Shown here: in pieces, positions 8,701 through 17,800 of the stretch
How the letters are laid out: each line of letters begins with the position of its first letter
How positions within the stretch are numbered: the stretch's first letter is position 1
Source of the DNA: a virus
Lineage: Duplodnaviria; Caudoviricetes
Strand: one strand, 5' to 3'
Virus record (IMG/VR): IMGVR_UViG_3300042914_000316
Span: 1 to 32,180 of that record
DNA: 32,180 nt
Notes under the pieces: model-generated
The model's database searches: none
The model's input: the letters and a program-made list of their open reading frames with translations, nothing else
What the model was told of the DNA's origin: nothing
Position numbers and translations under genes: made by a program

Positions 8701-9519
8701 GCTGCGCCGCCGGATCAGCCTCCGCCTGAGGATACTAAAACTCGTAAACCTAGAGAGTCTGATGGATCATGCCCATTTGGGTACACACCAGAATTCAAGG
8801 GGTACGAATCAGACGGTACTACGCCTATCTACTCGACGGACTGCGTAAGCATTCCCGAGGGAAAGCCCGGTGGGGGTGAAGGTGAATATGAAAGACCGCC
8901 TAGACAGCAGCCACAATGCGATTTCGGACAGTACTATGATTGGGTAGAAGACCGTTGTGTATGGTGGTGGGAGGAGACGGATAGCCCCCCAGAAGGTAAA
9001 GTTTTTTGCGGTTACACAGATAGAGGGGTTCCCATCTATGCGTCAAGTGCTGAAGAGTGCCCAAACGGTGAAAGAGATGGAAAAGGCGGAGCCGCAGGAG
9101 GCCATGTGAAAAAAGGAAAAATTAAGAAAAAGTACCAAGCGGGCGGTATTGCCTCCTTGACTCGTGATGCGCGTATGGGCGCTGCGGTGAACCCGATGGA
9201 TGGGTACAACTTCGGCTTTGCCGGGGGCGGAATGGCCGCAATGCCGGAATACCGTGCGGGTGGTAAACTCTTGAGAGGCGCTGGGGATGGCATGTCTGAC
9301 GACATTCCTGCTGTAATCAGGGGTAAGAGCGTACAGAGAGCGGCCTTGGCTGACGGGGAGTTCGTAATTCCAGCGGATGTTGTATCGCATCTGGGTAACG
9401 GATCTACCGAAGCCGGTGCAAAAAAGTTGTATAAAATGATGGCGCAGATTCGTCGGGCGCGTACGGGCAAGAGCAAGCAAGCCCCCCGCGTTAATACTGA
9501 TAAGTATCTGCCCCGCTAA
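5707..9519 (+). CDS. Probable internal virion protein (1270 aa) with Pro-rich, repeat and Cys-rich central insert
   Basis: N-terminal [16 protein letters not shown]...[10 protein letters not shown] and C-terminal [12 protein letters not shown]...[32 protein letters not shown] resemble aquatic podophage virion proteins; it sits first in the post-nozzle cluster. Confidence 0.8.
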   Translation: MNDELKGLAALLASQGRGPDSTLVHMTPDEVNSLQEFARSQGMELTVNPETGLPEAGILDSILKILTPVGKALSTAGRAAVSNPQLTGLLAGTAYGAIKGDLKKGLEAGIKAYAGSALLGEIMPPSGAPQGGVRKPGLTDKALKSKGYSDEDIEGMRAVQGGFRMPTTVTQQPQGFMQQVGNIFAPQPGTQANPLLQMLTAYGINKLEQKYGGARQAIPPSSPMQYRDIEFSRGQVNPRFGEPGQPYWIGGGYVDKGYTTQYPGYTGNPQLGQPPQQQAQQQQQPPPTPPPRPPPRRRGPLDDYDESEDFYTRLGMAGGGVIPPPNLEFPLARAPGNGYEVPVDMYTGEEQFAEGGVTDTKSQEETEEERRRKYFENLRPFAPALTDWYRTGASGAGSDQGVTSLVRDPVTRLPQPEPRTVRTLPGQLQPYDEPLAEWYRSLLTPPEPVTRKVDLSTKTPEYVRQPVKWGEFVKYEEPPPPPPPPPPPPPPPPKECGVGFIYDVKREVLGLDPCVNKCLPDEKYDPVGDRCIGPGTGGGGDGGGEGGGGPGGGSGGSGGGDGGGEKPPVEEKPPVEEKPPVEEKPPVEEKPPVEEKPPVEEKPPVEEKPPVEEKPPVEEKPPVEEKPPVEEKPPVEEKPPVEEKPPVEEKPPVEEKPPVEEKPPVEEKPPVEEKPPVEEKPPVEEKPPVEEKPPVEEKPPVEEKPPVEEKPPVEEKPPVEEKPPVEEKPPVEEKPPVDKPPPPPPPPPPPPPPVTDCEKKFGPGYVWDPDVGACRFNGKSDADCQATYGNDYEYDPSGDGGLGACRKKTAPPPPPPPPPPPPPPPPPPPPPPTFKVCWDGSIAYEGESCPPEPETKPPPPPPPPPPPPPPPPPPKEPDKPPGGGGPEDTGTPSQPDRPGKPSEPVKETKCAPHEVSFQGECFQVCKPGETYDPDRATAGLNPCVPSKDESKTCGEGERYDTSLEGLPGVNPCVPDDGCGSGQERSPVDDKCYKRGEGPAAPPDQPPPEDTKTRKPRESDGSCPFGYTPEFKGYESDGTTPIYSTDCVSIPEGKPGGGEGEYERPPRQQPQCDFGQYYDWVEDRCVWWWEETDSPPEGKVFCGYTDRGVPIYASSAEECPNGERDGKGGAAGGHVKKGKIKKKYQAGGIASLTRDARMGAAVNPMDGYNFGFAGGGMAAMPEYRAGGKLLRGAGDGMSDDIPAVIRGKSVQRAALADGEFVIPADVVSHLGNGSTEAGAKKLYKMMAQIRRARTGKSKQAPRVNTDKYLPR
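7138..8328 (+). repeat. Four CCN polyproline tracts (16, 14, 22 and 18 Pro) and a Gly-rich linker
   Basis: Tracts at 7138-7185, 7924-7965, 8137-8202 and 8275-8328; GGN-rich linker at about 7303-7398. Confidence 0.95.
7399..7920 (+). repeat. Coding tandem repeat, 29 x 18 bp, (EKPPVE)n
   Basis: Counted directly: 522 bp made of three synonymous unit variants; the last unit is EKPPVD. Confidence 0.97.
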
Positions 9520-9533
9520 TAACGGAGATAAAC

Positions 9534-10556
9534 ATGTCTACGCCAACTTCATCTGAAACAGTTACAAGTAATATCCCTGAATGGGCTAAAAAATACGCTA
9601 CGGATTTACTTGGATATGGTTCGTCATTAGCGTTTCCCAAGCAGAAAATTGACCCAGCCACGGGTAAACCGATGCTTGATCCGTCGGGTAAACCTATTCT
9701 TGAATCTGGGTTTACTCCGTATGGCGGGGAACTTGTAGCCGATTTTTCAGACCTGCAAAAGCAGGCTATGGGGGACATTTCTAAAATGACTGTAGCCCCC
9801 CAGATAGGGCAGGCTACTGGACTTACCGGGCTTGCTGCACTCCAAGCGCAAGAACTGTCTAAATATAATCCTATTGAAGATAAGCAGTATTATCAGTCTG
9901 CTTATGACCAGCAGGGCGGGCTTGATAAGTACATGTCGCCCTACATTCAGAACGTGCTTGAGCAGCAAAAGCGCGAGGCTTCTAGAGATTATGCAAGACA
10001 AATCCCCGGCATGGGCGCTGCTTCTGCCCGCATGGGGGCGCGTGGTGGCTCTCGTGAAGCGTTGATGCGCTCGGAAGGACAGAGAAACTTTCAACAACAG
10101 TTGCAGGGTATTCAAGCGACTGGAATGCAGAATGCGTTCCAAAACGCCCAGCAGCAAGCCGCACAAGACGCTCAGATGCGGGCTCAGTACGGCCTCGCGG
10201 GTTCTCAATTGAGAGAGCAGTCGCGGCAATTTGGTGCGGGACTTGGGCTACAGGGACTTGAGCAACAGCGACTTGCGGCTAAGCAACTTGCTGATATTGG
10301 CGGCCAGCAGTTCGATCAACAGCGAAGCATTTACGATACTCAGATGAGGGCAGGAAAAGATCAGCAGAATCTGACCCAGCAGAAACTTGCTTCTAACTAC
10401 CAGCGCTTCATTGACGAACAACAGTATCCGTACAAGCAACTTGAGTTCTTCTCTAACTTGCTGCGCGGTCTGCCTGCTGGTGACACTACTAGAAGCCTTT
10501 ACACTCAAGGGCCGAACACGGCTGCTCAATTGCTTGGACTTGGTGGAGGAGGTTAA
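9534..10556 (+). CDS. Probable DNA ejection/pilot protein, Gln/Ala-rich
   Basis: SD GGAG upstream; IPEWAK, YMSPYIQNV, GARGGSR and QQYPYKQLEF motifs; helical Q-rich composition, no Cys. Confidence 0.7.
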   Translation: MSTPTSSETVTSNIPEWAKKYATDLLGYGSSLAFPKQKIDPATGKPMLDPSGKPILESGFTPYGGELVADFSDLQKQAMGDISKMTVAPQIGQATGLTGLAALQAQELSKYNPIEDKQYYQSAYDQQGGLDKYMSPYIQNVLEQQKREASRDYARQIPGMGAASARMGARGGSREALMRSEGQRNFQQQLQGIQATGMQNAFQNAQQQAAQDAQMRAQYGLAGSQLREQSRQFGAGLGLQGLEQQRLAAKQLADIGGQQFDQQRSIYDTQMRAGKDQQNLTQQKLASNYQRFIDEQQYPYKQLEFFSNLLRGLPAGDTTRSLYTQGPNTAAQLLGLGGGG

Positions 10557-10558
10557 AA

Positions 10559-11878
10559 ATGATCGGCCCCACTAGTGATACGGCGAAGGCGATGATGCAA
10601 TCGCTTCAGCAGAAGATGCAGATGGGTATGCCTATCGATCAGGCTATTCAGTACGTCAAGAGTCAGGCTGCAACCGGCGTGGCTCCTTTCGTCGATCTCT
10701 ACGCTCTACTTAATCAGTACGAGCGGATGAAACAGCCTCCTAAGCAGATGCCTGCTGGTGGCACTATCAAGCAGCAACTTGATAACCTTGAGTCCGTCGT
10801 ATCTGGAGGTGGGGCTAATAATCCTCGTGGAGGATCGCCAGAAACGATGATGGCGCAGGGGCTTGGTGCCCTTAATGCAGGGGCTATGGAAGATCCAACC
10901 TTTGCTTCTGGCGGCATTGTTGCGTTCGATGAAGGCGGTGTAACCGCTGCCAACGTTAAGAAGCCGCTACCTAAAACTTGGGAAGAAGTACGTGAACAGG
11001 CAATGCTTGGAAGTGAAGAAAGCATTGAGGATCTTGAAAAAGATCTTGCACGACAGGATGAATTTGAGCGGCGACTTCAGATTGGTCGTTATGCGCCTTC
11101 TAGCAAACTTAAAGAAACCGAAGCGGAACGCAAGCGCAAGGCACAACAGGAAGCCGAAGGCGAACTTGACGAACTTGATAGGGCCAAGTTTTTCTCCGAC
11201 ATAGCCGAAATCGGTTCAGAGGCAGGCACACGGGAGACTAAAGCCCCGACATTCTTGACCGCACTCTCCAAAGCCAAGGCTCGTCAACTTGAGCGTAGAG
11301 AGAAAAAGATTGAGCGCAAGCGTACGGCTGAAGATGCTTACAACGCTAGCAGGATTGCTATGGCCGAAGCAGAAGAAGCCCGCGCTGAAGGCAACCTGAC
11401 GAAGTATCGCACTAAAGTTGCAGAGGCTATAAAACTGCGCGACGAGGCTACGCAGAAAATTGCTGAAGGTGAACAGAAGAAAGTTGAAGATTTACGTAGT
11501 CGTGCCACACAACTTAGCGTGGCTCGGGCGCAGCAGGACACTCCGCTCTCCCGTCAGCAAGAAAAACTACGTACTATGGATCAATCGAATCCTAACTACG
11601 CTAAAGAACTTAAAAGGCTTCGTGATATGGAAAAACCGTCTGGTACGGCTGGTGGCATCCCTGCCGGTGTTCAGGGTCGGCTGCTTGGGCTTTATTCCAA
11701 AGCCTACGAAAAAGTTTTAAACGCGTATGACGACGAAGAAAGAGACGCAGCGCAAAAAGAATTGAAAGAAATTGGTGATGAACTTGCTGAACTTGGCATT
11801 CCGATTCCCGGTATGGGGGGTAGAAACCCGCCTAACGTAGCAACGCCTCAAGTACCTACTCAAAGCAACTGGGACTAA
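10559..11878 (+). CDS. Probable ejection/internal virion protein, coiled-coil
   Basis: Strong SD GGAGG; FASGGIVAFDEGG motif; long E/K/R/A-rich coiled coil; located between ejection-like genes. Confidence 0.7.
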   Translation: MIGPTSDTAKAMMQSLQQKMQMGMPIDQAIQYVKSQAATGVAPFVDLYALLNQYERMKQPPKQMPAGGTIKQQLDNLESVVSGGGANNPRGGSPETMMAQGLGALNAGAMEDPTFASGGIVAFDEGGVTAANVKKPLPKTWEEVREQAMLGSEESIEDLEKDLARQDEFERRLQIGRYAPSSKLKETEAERKRKAQQEAEGELDELDRAKFFSDIAEIGSEAGTRETKAPTFLTALSKAKARQLERREKKIERKRTAEDAYNASRIAMAEAEEARAEGNLTKYRTKVAEAIKLRDEATQKIAEGEQKKVEDLRSRATQLSVARAQQDTPLSRQQEKLRTMDQSNPNYAKELKRLRDMEKPSGTAGGIPAGVQGRLLGLYSKAYEKVLNAYDDEERDAAQKELKEIGDELAELGIPIPGMGGRNPPNVATPQVPTQSNWD

Positions 11879-11883
11879 GTTAA

Positions 11884-14800
11884 ATGGCTAGAAATGTCAC
11901 CGTCTTTTTTGCTGACGGGTCATCTCATGTCTACGCGAATGTACCAGACGGTGTAACCCCGGAGCAGGTTAACGCTCGCGCACAATCTCAATTTCCTGAC
12001 AGACAGATACGCCATATGGATGGCGGTCGGGGTAAGACTGTTGACGCAGGAATAACTGCTGCGCCTGCTGCTACGCCACAGGATAAACGAGAAAAAGCGG
12101 GACTTTTTGGGTCGTTTGAAGAGTCGATACAAACTCTTGGCCTTGCAGATGAAGCCGCTGCATACGCGGCTAATCAAACTGAAGAGAATCGTCGGGCATT
12201 TTTAAAAGCCGCTGAATCCAAGTACAAGTCTTCTGGCGGGTTTGGCAAGGGAGAGAATTGGGAAGCCTTTAAAGAACTTCTTGGCAGTTCCCTTGGTCAG
12301 TTGGTAGCCCCTGCAGTTGTCGCTACGGGAGCATCGTTTGCTACTACGCCGGTTGGTGGAGCCATAGCAGGTGCTGGCACGATAGCCAGCCAGTACGAAA
12401 TCCAAGCGCTTCTCCGTCAGGCACAAGAGCAAGAAAAAGCAATTGCTGAAGGTCGTAAGCCAGAAGAACTTTCTATTGCTAAAGCGACCGCTGCCGCTGC
12501 TGGTCAAACCGCGCTTGACGTTGCAGGGTTTAAACTCTTTAGAGAAACCTTCCGTGCGTTTCCGTTCCTGCGTAATCTCGTATCGTCAGAGAAAGAAATT
12601 GCTGAAGAAGCGGCGCGTAAACTTGTGGATGCTGCGCGTGAAGGTACGCTCAAATCGACTGCTAGGGGCACAGTACAGGGTGTTGTCGGCGGCGTAGCGT
12701 TTGAAGTTCCGCAGGAAGTTGCTCAACAGGCGCTTGAGCGGTGGCAGGCAGGGCTTTCGCTAACCGATGCGGAGGCAAAGGAAGAGTTTAAGCAGGCGGC
12801 TATCGGCGCTGCGGTTCTTGGCCCGGTCGTTGGTGGCCCTGCCGGGGCTATTAGTGCGAAAGCGGAGCGTAATAAGGCGCAGGTTCTCAAGGCTGCTACC
12901 GATACCGCCCAGACTCGGCTTAACGAAATTACTTCAAAGGTAGACCCTACTACTGAAGAGCGTGCCGAAGCAGAGTTTATTCAGACTAACCTTAGTAATC
13001 CGCTTGAACTTGCCAAGAAGTACAAGCCAGCCGCGCCTGCCACTAGCCAAGAAGAAGCCACGACTAAAGAAAAACCGGTCAAGCCTGCAGTTACAGAGAT
13101 TAAAACTGCTGAAGATCTGCTCAATTCGCCGCCTAAAGTAGCAGCCGAAGACGCGCCGGAAACGATACGCAACGCGCCGTTAAACTTGAATGAGGATCAA
13201 GTTTACGAAGAAATCGGCAAGATAGAACAGGAAATGGAGCAACTAGCCACGTTGCTCTTCAATCCTCAGCAGATCCAAGCCCAAGCCACCGCTGCGAACA
13301 CGCCCGTAGAAGCGTTCACCGCCAATCTAACCAAGAAATACGACGACTTGGCTACGAGGCTTGATGTCTTCGACAAGAACTACATGCAGCGGATAGATAC
13401 GACTACCTCAATGCCGGGAGCCGTGCCGAATGTTCAGATGGCGAGGACATTCACTAAGCAGGAACTTGATCAAGCGGGAGTTTCGTTAGACGTTGCCAAG
13501 GCGCTTAACTTAGACATAGTAGATACTGCGCCACCAGCGCCGCCCACACCGCCGCCTACACCACCTACTTCATCGGAGGCCGCCCCAAGTGGAGCCGAAC
13601 CAACATCACAGGAAGTTATTGAGCCAGTTGAGCCTCAACCAACTGGAGGAGGCGTTGCTGTGCCTCCATCAGGATCAGAACCCGCAGGACGAGTTGCTGA
13701 AGTCCCTGCAGATGAGGGAGTGGTGTCTGCTGCACCAACTCCTAGTGATGTTGTTTCTGGAGAAGGAGCAGTCCAGCCTGCACTAGAAGATGAACGGATT
13801 AAAAGGGTTCAAGCGGCGCAACCTGCACTAGGAGAGCCTGCATTAAGAGATGTCGATGCGGAAATAGCAGAACTTGGTAGGGTCGAGCAAGAAAGAAAAA
13901 CAAAGAGAGAAGAAGTAAAAAGTTTTGCTATAGCAAGCGCACGGCAGGCATTTGATGCGCGAGGAGACTACCGTGATCTTCAGGACAGTATAGATTCCAA
14001 CAGAGAAAATATACTAGACACATTGAATGAAGGTGTTTTTGGTAGAGATGCGGTTGATTTTGAATCCGACGCGTTTGCCGCTTACGACGCTGAAGTTGCT
14101 AGATTAAGAGGGTCGCAGGAAACTGCTGCTAAGACCGCTCCTTCTCAAGCACGCCGCGTTTCAACAGACGAGAAGCGGGTTCTTGCTGAGCGTATTGCTC
14201 AGCGTATTGCGCCTAGGGGCATGGTATTAAACCGTTCCGGGCCATTCGCTACCAGTAAAGTTGTCGTTAGTGACGCTTTTAACCCACGTATTGAGGGCTT
14301 ACTTAAAGGTCTCGTTAGACTTGTCGGGCTTAATAATGTAAACATCATTCTGTTAAGTCAGGGTGATTTGCGTACGCCGGGTGCCCGAACTGTTACCACC
14401 GACAAATACAACTTATACGGCGGCTTTAACGTAGAGAAACTTATTGACGGAGCGACCAACCCAGCGATTGACGGCGAAGTTGCGCCGTTTGTTAACGGTA
14501 AGGGTTATGCCATCGTCATAAACGACAGGCTGCCTATTCAGGTTCTGCTTGAAACTCTTTCACACGAAGTCGGCCACATAGTCGAATCAGAAACTTTCAC
14601 CAACGCGGATGAGAAGACTAGAAACGCGGTCTTTGATTCGTGGTTGTCGTGGGTAAGTAAAAACGAGAAAGAATCTACGGCTAAATTAATACGGCTTACC
14701 CGTGCATGGGGTATGTCAGAACGGGGTATGGGCGGCCTCCCCGAAACTGCACTGTTAAGCGAAGAAGACGCTAACTATTTAAAGTCTTTTAGCGAGTGGT

Positions 14801-17800
14801 TTGCCGATAACGTAGCCAAGTGGATGACTACGAGCGAGAAGCCGTTAGGTGTTGTAGAGCAGTTCTTCTCAACTCTTGCCAAGAGAATCAGAAAGATTGT
14901 TGCCTACATGACAGGCAACCGACCGGAGTTCCTGCCTGCTGAAGCGGTAAAGAACTTTTTGGATGGACTCACCCCGCTTAACGAAAACATGACTGAGCCT
15001 CTGATTAAAGAGGCTATAGGCGTAAAGGGGCCACGACCGATATTCCCGAGTATTGATGGACTAAAGAACTTCTGGGATTGGTTTAAGGGTTCTAAGGTGG
15101 TGGATGAGGAAGGCCGTCCCGTCATCATGTATCACGGATCTCCGAAAGTGTTTTCGGTGTTCCGACCGGGCCGTGCTAACGCTATTTTCTTATCACCCGA
15201 TCCGTATTTTGCAGAACGGTTTACGCTTGATGCGTACGACTACGACGTTGGCCCCATGTATGCGGTGTATGTCAACGCCAAGAATCCTTTTGACTACGAT
15301 AATTGGACACAAATCGCCGCGCTTGAAAAAGAACTTGAAGCGGAATTTGTCAAAACGGGCGGTGTAGTAGGTTCTACAGATTGGATTACTATGATGTCGT
15401 CAATCAAGGAAGGCGACTGGCGCACTATTGAAAAGCCGATGGTTCAACGTGCAATTCGTAAACTCGGCCATGACGGGTTTTATGTCATGGAAAGTCTGTA
15501 TTCGTCCGAACTATTGGAACGTGTTGAGGCCAAGAATCTTGCTGTTTACGAACCTAATCAAGTCAAATCAGCCATCGGAAACAACGGTAAATTTAGCGAA
15601 AAATCTGAGGATGTTAGGCAGTCACGCCGCGTTTTAGCGCAGACAATTAACAATGTCGGTAACGCTGTAAGTAATTTGCCTCCGTTTAATAAGCGAATTT
15701 ACGACGGTGTTCGTAGCGTGCTTGACTCTACGCGCATAACGGACTCGATGCGCTCTGCGTTTTATATGTTTATCTCCCTGCCGCAACAGGTAGAGATTTT
15801 CGTTAAAGAATTGCCAACCCTTAAAAATCTGCTTAACGTGCTAAACGTTCGTGCGAGTTCCTTGAAAGACAGAAAGGAAGTGCTTGACCGAGATGTCCGT
15901 AAGTGGAACGACTCTATTAAAGATAACATTCAATACAAGGATGAGTTCTACGAAGTAGCGCATGAGTCCACTCGACTGATAGGCCCAGACGGTAAGCAGG
16001 GTATTCAGTTCAATAACCCATTACATGCAAACCATCCGTTGACTCAGCGGTTTAACAAACTGCCCCCTGCACTACAAAAAGTGTACTGGGAGATGTTGGC
16101 TAGTTACCGCAAAATGTCAGATGAGTACTTAGCGCTTCTTTCCAAGAATCTTTCGCCGCGTGAGGCAAAGCGCCTGCAAAGAGAAATGGCGACCAAGCGC
16201 CTGCGGGTTTACCTACCTCTTTATCGTGAGGGCGATTACTGGCTTCGTTATCAAGACGCCAAGAACGACACGGTAGTGCAGTCGTTTAAGTCTAACTACG
16301 AGCGCGAACTCGCGTGGAAAGAGGCTTTGGCTAACGGAGCGCAACCAAACAGTGACCAGACCTACTCCAAAATCGAAGACTTTTTTGAGGGTAAGGGGCC
16401 GGGCACGTTCTTCAACCGAGTGTTGGAGGATCTAAATAAGCGCGACGTGTCTAGCGCTGTAAAGCGTTCGCTGTACGAACTTTATCTTGACCAGATCCCT
16501 GCTTCGTCTGTGCGGCAGTTGTACCGTAAACGTGATGGGTACAAGGGATACGAATCTGATCTTATGAATGTCTACGCCACGGTTGCAACCCGCATGGCAA
16601 ATCAACTTACTAATCTGGAATACATACCAGAAATTGATAGCGTTTTTGATGAGGTAAAACAGGAAGCAAATAAATACGCTGCTTCTGGTCAGTCCAAGAA
16701 TCGGTCTGTACCGCTTCTTGTGGAGAACCTAAATAAACAGATGGAGTACTTGCGAGACCCCGGCAATGGGCGTCTGGTTAACGCTTTGTCTTCGTTCAGT
16801 TATTACTGGTACATCATTGGCAATGTCTCGACTGCAATTATCAACACTACGCAGTTGCCGATGGTTGTGTACCCCATGCTGGCTGGTAAGTACGGCGTTG
16901 ATAAGACTAGCGCAGCGATGGCCGATGCAACTAAGCAGTACTTCAAGGGCGGCTTCGACAACGACAATATTCCGGGTGGGTATAAAAAGTTCCCTGCCGA
17001 CTTTAGTTTTGGTGTAGGCGTACCGCCCAACTCGCCGCTAGGCAAACTCTACAAGGCTGCTATCAGACAGAGCGCGATTCGCCGCTCTACTGGCTATGAC
17101 TTGGTAGAAGGCAGAAAGAAGACTTACGGAAAGGGGGATTACATTGGTCTGATGACCAAGATGGAACAGATCCTAGGATGGACGTTCCAGAACTCAGAAC
17201 GGTTCAACCGCGAAGTGACATTGGTCGCGGCGTTCAATTTGGAGATGGAGAAGAATGGCGGGGACGTAGACGGAGCGATCAAGGCTGCGCTTGATCTGGT
17301 CAACCTAACTCACGGTACGGTGCTTGCTGAAACTTCCCCCCGAGTGTTTCAGACTGGGTTTGGTAAAGTAGCGTTTACGTTTAAGAACTTTGCCCAGACT
17401 CAGATTTATTTGCAGGCTAAGTTGCTTAGAGAAGCGACAAGAGGCGAGACCCCAGAGGTTAAGCAACTCGCTGCTAAGCAGATGATTGGCATAATGACGA
17501 TGGCGTTTGTGTTTGCTGGTATTCACGGACTGCCGTTCTACAGTGCCGGTACGCTGCTTGTTGATCTTTTGGCTGATCTATTTGGTGACGAGGATGATCC
17601 TGTTAAGTCTAACGAGATCGTACGGCAGTCTGTTGGTGCGCTCGCGCACAAGGGTGTAGTCAACGAATTATTCATGGTTGACGTTGCAGCACGTACAGGA
17701 TTCAACAGTTTGCTTTGGAAGGATGATGATAAGCGGCTAGAAGAAGTTGGCCCGGTGCTGTTTGCCGCTGAACAAGTCTTTGGCCCATCCTACGCAGCGT

